Origin: Podarcis erhardii
Lineage: Eukaryota
Assembly: GCA_964252035.1 (NCBI GenBank)
Contig: OZ176205.1
Strand: one strand, 5' to 3'
DNA: 64,000 nucleotides
The notes under the pieces are model-generated. The model saw only the letters and a list, made by a program, of their open reading frames with translations, did not search any database and was not told the origin of the DNA. Below, one piece after another: positions 12,431 to 23,900 of this stretch (position 1 is the first letter of the stretch; each line of letters starts with the position of its first letter). The position numbers were made by a program, and so were the translations under genes.

Positions 12431-14057
12431 GTAAACTATTGTCAAGTGTAAAGTATTGTTTGTACTGCAGGTGCTGAGACTAATTCAACGAATCATACTA
12501 ATGATGTGGGGTTAGATCTAGACATACTCTTTTGTGGATGGAAAGCCTCCCAATGTTGGAAAAAGGGGAAAGCCTCCTACATTGTTCAAGAGATCCCAAA
12601 CCCATCATGAACAGGAAGATTTAGCACCCCCTCTCAAAAAAACTTTAAAAATCACAATGAGTAGGCATGGACAAAACTGTCAATGTTTGTTCTCCAAGTT
12701 TCTCATTTTTTCCATTCTTAAATTCAGTTCTCCACTTTTCCACAATTTGTGACCCTTAAAAAAATAATATCATGAGCATTCATCAGCATATGAATATGAA
12801 TTTCTCTTACTAAACATACTTTGTGTGCAGTTTTGACTAATTTTTGCAATCAATTTCCCCTTCTCTAACTTATGCTGTGTGTTATTTGAACTAATATATG
12901 CAGAAAACTACTGTGGAAAACCCCCAGAGTTAGCAGTACACATTTAGCCATTCTCCATTTTAAACCTTCATTAATACACACAGGGTTTTCCCCATTTCTG
13001 TGTCAATTAAACCAATTATACTTAACAGGTCCTGCTTCCAGGCTTTTAAGAGGCACCTAGCTGGCCACTGTCAGAACAGGATGGGAGAGTAGATGGGCCT
13101 TTGGGTTCTTCTTATGTTCTTAGAGAAGAATCACATCTGACTGGCATTCTTGTCAAAATGATTTCATCGTTATAAGGCTGTTTCCAACATAGTCACCTCT
13201 CAGCTGCAGATCACCATGTTACTCAGTAAGCCAGGAACTAACAAATGGCACATAACTGACCTCTTGCTTAATGAAATCTCTGTCTCCCTCTCTCCAACAT
13301 TTTTATTGGTTCATTATGTGAAGCATCGGGAAATCTGTGTTTCCTATCCGACAGCTCAACATAAAAATTTAAGCGCTACTAAACGCAAATGCAAATGTAA
13401 ATGCTGGTCTTCTGTTAAAAGCAAGCTAACACAAATTAATAGTGTCAGGAATCTTTACTGGAAAATAACAAAAATATATTTGAAGGGCTTCATCAGCACA
13501 TTCCAACACTTACGGTGGTTTAGCTGAGGTCATGTTGTTCTTGGACAAAATTCACTGTTCTTAAAAGAGGTTGAATCTCACTGATCATACACGTTCACAA
13601 TTTGTTTTATAGTTGATTTAGAAAAAAAACAACAGCAACACATGCTCAGCTTGGCCTTTTGGCAATTGTTCTAGCTGGTTCGCTCACCTAAATTCTCTAT
13701 GGGCCTCTTATTGGATATTTGCATAGCAACATATTTTAGCCAAGAGCCTTTGCTGATGCTGGAGATTCTAGCTCCCTGCAAACTTGCAAATGCATCATCA
13801 TCAGATTCAGCACAGAAATACACTAAGGTTCACACAGATGGCGGCCTTTGTACAATTGCGCTTGAGAGCATATGGAGTCGCTGGCAGGCTTGCAGTACAT
13901 CCAGAATTGCAGTGACACCTCCATGATGCTCAGATGATGGCTGAAATTGTAAGGCCACTCAAAAGCGATCCTGTGATTTCACAAGTCATGAGAATGACAC
14001 AGACAGACAGCAAGTGAAGGCAAATGTTCATACCGACAATGTCTCCAACATGAAATA

Positions 14058-14303
14058 GGGACGCGGGTGGCACTGTGGTCTAAACCACTGAGCCTCTTGG
14101 GCTTGCTGATCAGAAGGTCAGCAGTTCGAATCCCCATGATAGGGTGAGCTCCCGTTGCTCTGTCCCAGCTCTTGCCAACCATGCAGTTCAAAAGCACACC
14201 AGTGAAAGTAGATAAATAGGTACTGCTGCGGCGGGAAGATAAACAGCGTTTCCATGTGCACTGGTTTCTATCATGGTGTTCCGTTGTGCCTGAAGTGGTT
14301 TAG
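14058..14303 (+). mobile_element. Sauria SINE, 3'-truncated
   Basis: Head GGGACGCGGGTGGCACTGTGG; B box GTTCGAATCC; body matches the other copies; no tail. Confidence 0.9.
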
Positions 14304-14451
14304 AACTCTTGGCAAGCAGACACACCGACAACCAAATGCCTGCCAAGTGAGATCCTAATTGCTAAGCCTATTCCAAATTGATTTTTGAAAGGAACTCACC
14401 CATCACTAAATGAAATCCCTAAACCCATCAGCATCTGCAATTACTATTGCG

Positions 14452-14837
14452 TGTCAATACCCCTCCCCCCCAGAAATAAAGACACAGGAGACGTTGATTA
14501 AGTTAATTGGGCATGAAAGGCCACAACTTTATTGATTAGAGAATTGAAGGTATTGGCCTTAGGCATTGGCACCTATCCACTACCCGGCATGGTGACCGGG
14601 ATGGGTTAACACGAACCGTGGGGGTCCTGTTGAAGTACGCCAACTAGGATCCCACGGGTGTCACCGCTCGGGGGCGTGCCGGAGGCCCTTACCTTCCCAG
14701 GTTTCGGACAAGACAACGCCCCCCGGAGTCCTTTACCGGACTACCCCTTTTCTTGGGGAAGGTGATGGCGTACCTTCCCCCCCGATCCATTTGCATAACA
14801 ATTGAACCCCCAGCCAATGCCTAACCGCCACCCGACA
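14452..14837 (-). mobile_element. LTR-like element (ERV-like), boundaries uncertain
   Basis: Minus strand reads TGTCGGG...AATAAA...GTATTGACA; CpG-rich relative to the flanks; no matching TSD found. Confidence 0.45.
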
Positions 14838-15142
14838 AAGACAAAAAAATCCGTAAGAGAATAGAAAATTGCAGTTTTGGAAACAATTTTGTACTTTACT
14901 TGGCTGAGCTTGAGAATTCCCCACCCCCAACTTACAACCACCAGGAACGATGCCTCGATGCCTGCATCAGGAAAATTTTGGGCAACACATGGCAGGGCAG
15001 AGTCAAACAAAGATGTGGTGTCCCAAGCCCACATTCTCAGCATGTTCACACTCCTGCCTCAGTGACATCTGCTCTAGCTTAGTTTATGTCAACAGAATGG
15101 AAGGTGACAGGATCCACAAGGACATGCTCTACGGAGAGCTGG

Positions 15143-15753
15143 TGTGATGGCCTGGGATTCAGACTTGGAGGCTGAGCCTGAGGAATCTCAGCCTACACAG
15201 GAGTCCCCGCCTCCAGAACCAGCTGAGCCGGGGCTGGGGCTTGAACTTGAAGGGTCCTCACCTGTGCTGGATCCTCAGGTGCAGGCACCAGCTGAGTCTG
15301 CTCTGGCTCCTGAGGTGATGGAGGACCCATTGCCTGCAGGTACTCCACTCTCAGCCCCATCAGGGGAAGCTGAGGTTGCCTCTGGGTCTGGTAACCCTCC
15401 AGCCTCTCCTGAGCTACAGAGGCTCAGGGCAGAGAGGCAGAGGGAACTAAGTTCCCGCAAGAGGAGTGCTCGCCTCCAGGCCAGGAGAGGCGAGTCACCT
15501 GTGGACCAGGGCTGCCCTATGCCTCGGGGCAGATAAAAGCCAGCCAGCCCCAGTCCCAGGTTGTGGAAGCAACATTGTTGGCAGCCTGTTCCTGCCTGCA
15601 CCCTCCTGTCCTGCTCTCCTGCCAGAGTCCTGACCTCACCCGACTCCCTGCCTTGGACCCTGCTTCAGCTTTGACGGACAGCCTCCATACAGCACCCTCG
15701 ACCTCGGACTGGACTCGGACCTCGCTGCACAGTTAACCCTCGGGACCAGCACA
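15143..15753 (+). mobile_element. Solo LTR, family A (611 bp; probably Gypsy-type, clade not proven)
   Basis: TG...CA termini; perfect 5-bp TSD GCTGG (15138-15142, 15754-15758); TATA-like GATAAAA at 15532; homologous to 48870-49480. Confidence 0.9.
15144..15536 (+). CDS. LTR(U3)-encoded 130-codon acidic Pro/Glu/Ser-rich frame with a basic C-terminal motif (retroelement-derived, not a host gene)
   Basis: Open from LTR base 2 to TAA; SPELQRLR..RSARL..GESP.DQ shared with 48871-49296 through synonymous codon changes. Confidence 0.6.
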   Translation: MMAWDSDLEAEPEESQPTQESPPPEPAEPGLGLELEGSSPVLDPQVQAPAESALAPEVMEDPLPAGTPLSAPSGEAEVASGSGNPPASPELQRLRAERQRELSSRKRSARLQARRGESPVDQGCPMPRGR

Positions 15754-16142
15754 GCTGGCTTCAGGAATCAGATCCACCAGGTGACCAACTTTGTGTTACA
15801 ATGATGCAAACATAACATGAAGGCTGGCAACCCCAACTCTATTGTGTGGGAATCCCTTGCAGACAACCACAATGCCTGGAGATAGGGATCCATAACAGTG
15901 CCCAGAGGAGGAATGACTACTAGGTGGGGTGCGGAAAGAAGAAATGTCATGGTGCACCTGAAGCAGCACAACCAGATGCCTTCATCTGCCCCAGCTGCAA
16001 CAAAACATGTCTCTCTTATATCAGTCTCTACAGTTACAGCAGGCACGGCAAACTTCCATCAGTTTGACTTTAATCCCAAAAGCACACTCTTCCATTGTCT
16101 CCTGAGACATATGGATGCTAACAACAGTTAATATGTTGTTTT

Positions 16143-16494
16143 AAAAGGTAAAGGGACCCCTGACCATTAGGTCCAGTCGCGGACGACTCTGGGGTTGTGG
16201 CGCTCATCTCGCTTTATTGGCTGAGGGAGCTGGCATACAGCTTCCGGGTCATGTGGCCAGCATGACTAAGCCACTTCTGGCAAACCAGAGCAGCGCATGG
16301 AAATGCCATTTACCTTCCCACCGGAGCGGTACCTATTTATCTACTTGCACTTTGATGTACATTCAAACTGCTAGGTTGGCAGGAGCAGGGACCGAGCAAC
16401 AGGAGCTAACCCTGTTGTGGGGATTCAAACCGCCGACCTTCTGATCAGCAAGCTCTAGGCTCGGTGGTTTAGACCACAGAGCCACCCGCGTCCC
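16143..16494 (-). mobile_element. Sauria SINE, full length
   Basis: Complete head to tail; 13-bp TSD TAATATGTTGTTT (16129-16141, 16496-16508). Confidence 0.95.
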
Positions 16495-16744
16495 ATAATA
16501 TGTTGTTTATAAATGACTAAACTAACAAAGATCACAAATATGGCACACACTTGAAGTAGCATCAACATGCCCTTAAAACAGTTTATTTCTCACTATAAAG
16601 TCATTATTCAAAACTGCACATGAATGATGCAGAATGGAATCTGTTTGTCTACTTTTAACTGCCCCTCCTGCCCTGTTCTTGCACAACACAACTCTCTGTG
16701 GCTAACTTCTGTAGTGCCTCTTCATTCTTTTATAAGAAGAAAAC

Positions 16745-16789
<45 letters not shown>

Positions 16790-16796
16790 GATTATT
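16745..16796 (+). repeat. (TAT)n microsatellite
   Basis: Direct reading. Confidence 0.95.
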
Positions 16797-18032
16797 AAAA
16801 CATCTCTCCAAAAAGATATTAATGTTTCATCCAAGATGGTCAAAGCTGGGGCGACGGAGAAAACTTGACAGGATAATACTAAGTCTGAGGAGCAAGTGTC
16901 TAAAAATATCACAGCTTCATAGACGCAAAAGCATTAAAGTAGAACATAGCTCAGCGTGTCGTAAGGCAAAGATATGCATTGTTGAATAGATTGGCTATAC
17001 ATCAAGGGCAGACAAAAGGTATGTGGAAATACATTACATTGCATAATACCAAGAGTTCCACCGGATTGCTGCACTTCTGATCAAGGAATCCTGAGGATAA
17101 AAGTCTTGCAAGGACTCCTAAGAACTGCTGGAAGTTTCATTAAAAAGTATAAAGAAACTTTCACAATGAGGAACAATGAGAATCCAACCTCCAACTTCCA
17201 AATGGGAAATTACATGGATTCTGATTTTTATAAAGAGAGAACAAAGCTGTTGAAGGTGGAAGCCTCTGCCCCACCCCCCACCCCCGGGTTTTTTTTTTGG
17301 GGGGGGGAATTGTTAGCATCATAATATTATATGAGGAACTCATGAAAGATAAATTATAATGGATTGTGCACATATTATGAGAATTCCTCTTGCCCCCTAA
17401 ATCCCACTAATACAAGATCAGTGTTGCATCGTGATGCAGATACATACTATTTCTTGCTGTTCTGTTTCTTAAAAAAAGAAATTGAAATTGGGTTTCATTT
17501 AATAAAATGGCCTGAGCTAATCTGAAATAAGTAATGTGGAGATGCAGGCAATCATTGATAAAGGACATAAAAGAGTGAATGTCAAAAACTTCACAGGTAT
17601 TAGCTACAACAAAGGGATGTGTGATAAGCTGCATTTAACCTCTCATAATTCTCTCTTCTTGATTTTGCATAAAAGTAAAAATAAAAGCTAGCAATGGGTG
17701 CAACCTGACAGAGGTTGTGGACAGGTTAGTAACGTGGTAGGATCTTGCCATGATTAATTTCATCTACTTTTAATAGAGGACAAAGGCAAAATATGTTGCT
17801 TTTCAAGAGTATATAGCTGTCCCCAATAATTAAAAAAACCCAAATTAAAACAGAGGATAGTATTCAACTAAGTTTTACTCAGAGTAAACCCATTGAATTA
17901 ATAGGCCTAACTTAGTCATTATTATTATTAATTTCATTAATGGAATGCCACCCGGAGAAGTCTGGAGTGCATCCAGTTGTGGCAATGCCTTACTCAGGAA
18001 TCACCAGTTTGGTGCCAAAGTTGTTGAGCTTT

Positions 18033-18398
18033 TGTTGTTGTTGTTTAGTCATTTAGTCATGTCCAACTCTTCGTGACCCCATGGACCAGAGCACACCAGG
18101 CACTCCTGTCTTCCACTGCCTCCCGCAGTTTGGTCAAACTCATGCTGGTAGCTTCGAGAACACTATCCAACCATCTCGTCCTCCATCGTCCCCTTCTCCT
18201 TGTGCCCTCAGTCTTTCCCAACAACAGGGTCTTTTCCAGGGAGTCTTCTCTTCTCATGAGGTGGCCAAAGTATTGGAGCCTCAGCTCTGTCCTTCCAGTG
18301 AGCACTCAGGGCTGATTTCCTTCAGAATGGATAGGTTTGATCTTCTTGCAGTCCATGGGACTCTCAAGAGTCTCCTCCAGCACCATAATTCAAAAGCA
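18033..18398 (-). mobile_element. Bov-B (RTE) LINE 3' fragment
   Basis: Translation LQYFGHLMRREDSLEKTLLLGKTEGTRRRGR.RTRWLD...AWCALVHGVTKS is the Bov-B ORF C-terminus; (CAA)n tail. Confidence 0.92.
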
Positions 18399-18789
18399 GG
18401 AATCTCAACTAAAGCATCCCTAACAGATGACCATCCAACCTCTGCTTAAAAACTTCCAAGGAAGCAGAGTCCACCACCTCTTGAGAAGTCTGATCCACTG
18501 TCGAACAACTCTTAGCAGCAGAAAGATTTCATGATGGTTAATCGGAATCTCCTTTCTTATCGTTTGAATCCATTGGTGCAGTTCCTTTCCTCCAGAGCAG
18601 GAGAAACAAGCTTGCCTCATCTTCCATATGACAGCCCTTAAGATATGTGAAGATGGCTATCATATCTGCTCTCAGACTCCTCTTTTCTAGGCTAAACATA
18701 CCCAGCTACTTCAACTGTTCCTCGTAAAGCTTGGTTTCCAGATCTTGATCAGCTTGGTTGCCCTTCTCTGCACATATTCCAGCTTGTCA
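18399..18789 (-). mobile_element. CR1 LINE fragment
   Basis: Homologous to CR1 pieces at 47715-48700 and 60291-61445; decayed ORF2 C-terminal region. Confidence 0.8.
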
Positions 18790-19327
18790 TTACCCCCCCT
18801 CTTTTGCATTTTTAAATATCCTGCTATGTTTTGTACACATTGCTTGCATCTGCACTTTCCCAAACCTTGCTAAACCCCAAATGCAGCTGTCCTCGAAATT
18901 TGTACTTTGGTGAATGTTGCAATATACCAACCAAGCAATCCGTACAAAAAATGCATCTATTAGGTGAAAGTGTGCATCAGAATGCATATATTGGTGAAAA
19001 GAAAAGAAAAACAATAAATTATTATATTAGAAGAAATTGCTTGCAAATGTGTACATTAGGCAAAATTGTGTTTGGAAGTGTATATAGGAGGAGAAATGTT
19101 CACTAAAATGCTGATGAGTTTTCACTGGGACTTTAAGAAAGATACAAAGGGATGCAGAAGTGTGGTGAATGTAATATGAATGGAAAAATGAGAAACTGAA
19201 ATTGACAGATTTCTTCATCCCTAGGATAGGGGTCCACTAGAGTGTACATACAGTTTATTCCTGCTCCCTCCCCCATAGTAATAGTGTTAATTAAGCTTTA
19301 TTATGACTACAGTAATGAAATCTGATA

Positions 19328-19553
19328 CAGTGGTACCTCGGGTTACATACGCTTCAGGTTACAGACTCCGCTAACCCAGAAATAGTACCTCGGGTTAAGA
19401 ACTTTGCTTCAGGATGAGAACAGAAATCGTGTTCCAGCAGCATGGCGGCAGCAGGAGGCCCCATTAGCTAAAGTGGTGCTTCAGGTTAAGAACAGTTTCA
19501 GGTTAAGAACAGACCTCCAGAACGAATTAAGTACGTAACCAGAGGTACCACTG
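19328..19553. mobile_element. Tc1/mariner-type MITE
   Basis: TA flanks; CAGTGGTACCTC ... GAGGTACCACTG termini; same family as 1508-1749. Confidence 0.92.
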
Positions 19554-20090
19554 TATTATTACGACAGTGACCAGAAGCAAAGGAGCACAGGGCTCATGCA
19601 TCTTTTAAGAACCAGTTTGTGTATATTTTAAAGACAGATATGGACCTCTCAGAAGGTCCTGCTTGACCAGCTGCACCTGCCCCCTCCCAAACCCATTTTC
19701 TATACATGCAAGAGCCTCCTTTGCATCTGAGCAAGTGGTGGCATGCCATGCTGTGTGAGTTGTGAGTGACACCACTGTGGTATGGCCTCCCTAGGACATT
19801 ACATAAGGAGAAGAGAGCTTGGTGTGTGTACCTGGGTAGCATAGGCAAAGGTTATGGTTACCCAGTTGGGGAACTCTCTCCCATTGGAGACATGTTCATC
19901 CCACTTGCTGACATCCTTTTATCCTAAAGATGCATTTGTTCTGGCCACTCAGGGTCAGCTCTAAAATGGGACACACAGTCATCCCACATGGGGTCGAGGT
20001 GGCAATTCTATGAGCAGTCTTTCCTTCTCTACCACCACACAGTGATGTTGCTTGAGGGACAATGCCAAAGGCCCTCTTCCCCTTCTAATT

Positions 20091-20994
20091 GGAAGTCGTG
20101 GAAGTCACGCCGGATGTTCAGCTTCTGAGGCAAAGTTCGCAAACTGGAACACTTACTTCCGGGTTTGCAACTTTTGAGTTCCAAGTTGTTTGTGAACTTT
20201 TTTAAAAAATGTTTTTATTAACAATTTCAACATAACAAAATATCAAAACATATCATATTCATTATTTTTCCCCTTCCCCCCATCAAACCCTCCCCCCCAG
20301 AGACTTCCCTCAGCTCCTCTCTCTGATTTTTCAGCACATATTATTCTCTGCATGTTATAAAATTATACAGATCCTTACATTATCTATCTACCATGTTATC
20401 AACCAATAAATTTGTGCATGTTTATTCAAAACCTGCCAAGGAGTCCAATTCATTTTGTTGTCTTTTTAAATAATTTGTGAAAAGTTCCCATTCTTCTTTA
20501 AAGTCACAGTTGTCCTTGTCTCACAGTTTGTATGTCAATTTGGCCAGTTCTGCATAGTTCATCAATTTCTCTTGCTACTGTTCTTTTGTTGAGGTTTCCT
20601 CATTCTTTCATCCTTGTGCTATTAAGACACTTGCCAGTGTTGTAGCATACATAAATAGGTTCTTTGTTTTCCTTGGCAGGTGTTGTCCTACAATCCCTAA
20701 CAAAAATGCTTCTGGTTTTTTTTTTACAAATGTCATTTTAAACATTTTCTTCAATTCATTATATATCATTTCCCCAAAATTTTAAACTTCTCTACATTCC
20801 CACCACATGTGATAAAAAGTCCCTTCTTCTTTTTTGCATTTCCAAAATGTATTTGATCCAGTTTTGTACATTTTTCCTATTTGTACTGGTGATATATACC
20901 ATCTATACATGATTTTCATATAGTTTTCTTTCAAAAGAGAACAGTCTGTAAATTTGCTTGTGAACTAAGATGTCCAAAAACCAAGATACGACTG
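20091..20994. mobile_element. Left-truncated Tc1/mariner MITE hosting an L1
   Basis: Right terminus CCAAGATACGACTG-TA; MITE-like sequence on both sides of the L1. Confidence 0.6.
20199..20957 (-). mobile_element. 5'-truncated L1 LINE (decayed ORF2 C-terminus and 3' UTR)
   Basis: TSD TTGTGAACT (20190-20198, 20958-20966); minus strand reads KENYMKIMYRWY...WKC..EGTFYHMWWEC, with stops. Confidence 0.9.
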
Positions 20995-23900
20995 TATGTA
21001 TGAACAGGAGAGGAAGGCGAATCATATATTTTGCATGTCAAAAACCCTCTCCAGCTCCTTCTGGTCAGTGCTCAACAGCAACCATCCACAGCACCACCAA
21101 CCAGCCACTGGTGGAGTTGTTCTATGCTCAGTGTAACACCCAATTTCTTAAACTGCTTTGCAGGAGATAGGTAGCTGCCACTTAGCTCTGTTGCATAAGA
21201 GCTTTTTCCCCTTTGCACCATCTATATTTCCCCAAAATTGTTGGTAATAAGGACAAATAATAATAGCAACAATGAGAATGCAATGTATTTTTGGTGGCTG
21301 GCAGACCGGCAATTTTCTTGTCAAAACGTAATTTGTCCACCCCCACCCCCATGCATCTCTGGTGGTAATGTAGTTGAATTCCACCCACCTCCACCCCCAC
21401 CCCATAAACCAAGAGATGATGCACTCATTCCCTCCCGCTTTTCTTTATTTGGCAACAGCAAAATATATCTGCGCTGAGAAAGCAAAGGCGATATGGATGG
21501 CTTTTGTCGCTGTGGTTTGCATGTTTGTTTTAATCATCCAGTTTCTTGGTTTTGTTTTGTTTTTACTTTGGGAAAGACAGCTTGCAAAGGCTTCTCAGAT
21601 GGATGAGATTGGATTTGCGCAGGGCAGAGTCACAGGGATGTCATTTTTCATCACTTAATTGGAGACAGTTATGCCTCGGTGTTAAGAAGGGGCTTTATAT
21701 TGATGGTGAAAATAACGACGGCGCAACAACAAAAAATGCATGACAAAGTGCATCATGTACCAATTAGCCAGGCTTACTCTGATACTATTAGGGGAAAACA
21801 AAAGACTGAGCTAGACACAAATGTTCCATTTGGTTTTGGTGAGGCTGCTGTAAAGATGCCTCTTTCACCCTCTGAAGCTGTTATTTAGCCATAGGAATGT
21901 GTGTAATGAGGCCTCACAGGGATCACTTTCTTCATAAGTCTTATTATTGTGCTTCAATAGGCCCTGGATGTCTTAGTTACTTCCCTCCATGCCACCCGCT
22001 CTTTCAGACGGAGACTTAGTTATCATACTGTAGTTCAGTGGGAGGTAGAGGGCAAGCTATCTATTTCACAGGTTTTTGTGCTTGCCGATTCACTGAAATT
22101 CATAGGCGAGAGAATTCTTGTCCACCTGCAATCTCTGAGCAACCAAAACAGGCAAAAGTGGAGCAGAGCTACCAATGTTTGGATAAATAAACAATCAAGT
22201 TTAGGGGGTGGGTTGGAAATTTAGAAAAGAACCCCCCCCCCAAAAGCACATAAATCTCTTCCTTCTCAAAATAGACAAATTTGCACAGACAGACAGACAA
22301 AGAAATTCAGTCATGTTTGGCTTTCCCTTGCAGATTTACAGTACGTATCAGGAGTTTTATTTATGTATTGATTTATATATTTAAATCCTTTGTATTGTGC
22401 CTTTCATTTCAAACAAATATTAAGATGGTTTGCAGAACAAAAGAACAAACAGCATATGACGATTGAAAGCATATCAATAAAACATAAGTATCAGTTACAG
22501 TTAGTGATTTTTGATAATTCTGATGAAAATGTAAATAGGAGTAGAAACTGCCAACATTCAGTTATATATCCCATGCCATGTTTGGAATGGAAATCAATGC
22601 AGTGAATATGTGCAGTTGTTGATGTTTGGTTGGTTGGTTGGTTGGTGCTGGAGGTGCTGGTAGAGGTTGTTTTCAGCCCACAGATGATGCATAATGATAG
22701 ACAATTGACTTGCATTGTGTTTCCTTTGCCCTGAAATTGTATGGAATAATGCAATGATAATGCAATTAATTATGTAAAATTTTGCCATACTGGAGAATTA
22801 TACAATGTAGCAGAATGAAAACAGTGAATATAAAGTAGAACAGAAATCGATGACTTCTTACATCCATAATTACCGTAGCCAGAAATGCCAAGAGCTGGTA
22901 TTAACAGTCAGGAAAAGCTTGGGTGAAAAAAAGAGGCATGTTTTTAATTTTGGAGGTGGAAACAACTGACCGTCAATACTTGCCTGATCTCTATGGGGAT
23001 ATCATTCCACAGGTTAGGTACCATGAGAAAGGTATGCACCACCATATCATTCAGATGGATAGTTGCCAACCATGCTACAAGTGAGAGGATCATATCATGA
23101 ACATTCATAATTCAGAAGCCTATAGCACTGTGCTCTCTCTCTCTCTCTCTTACACACACACTACAGCCAGGTGTAAACCCAGCAAGTGGCCTATGAGCAG
23201 TCCACTAGAAAAAAACCTATGTGGTGACCAATGGCATAGAGAGGTTCCATATGCACCAAGGAGAAGACAACAGAGGCAGACGACACTCAAACATCATGAA
23301 TGTCAATAGTGCTGACTAAGACAGCCCCTGCCTCTACCCTTGCCTCTCCACACCATGCCAACAACCAACAATGGTTTTGCCTAGAGGACTAGCTCTCTGG
23401 CAACTGCTTTATGAACTGGTTTGTAGATTCTTACATTATTATAGTATGTGTGTGCTGCTTGTCAGAAACACTATGGGTTGTATCCAATGCTAGTACTATT
23501 GAGAGTAGAACTATTGAAATTAATGAACACGAGTCAATTAGGTCCATTGATTTTGTTGGGTCTGCTCTGAGTATAAACTAGGCCACTTTCTCACCATACA
23601 TTTAAAGCACCATGAGTCCACTCTAAACAATCATTACTCCCCTCCTCCAAGATTCATGGAAATTATAGTTTGTTAAGGGTGCTCTTAGTAGTTAGGAGAC
23701 CCCAATTCCCATCACAGAGCTACAACTCCCAGAGTCCCCTGGGAAGAGGGATTGTTAAAGCACTGCATGAATTGTGGCTCTAGGAGGGTACTGGGGGCAT
23801 CGTCAAACAGCTCTCAACACAGCCTGCAAACTGCACTGTAAGAAAGAGAATATTCTTTTCTCCTTGGCACTAGCTTTAGAGACAGCTCTCAATGCTGTTT

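Larger units (their letters stand above)
14931..16126 (+). mobile_element. RTE-clade LINE 3' fragment, interrupted by a solo LTR
   Basis: Frameshifted RT C-terminus CIRKILG.TWQ...SNKDV.SQAHI.SMFTLL...VNRMEGDRIHKDMLYGEL resumes after the LTR; C-terminal C-P-S-C..C..H-like segment; tail GGATGCTAACAACA. Confidence 0.85.
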
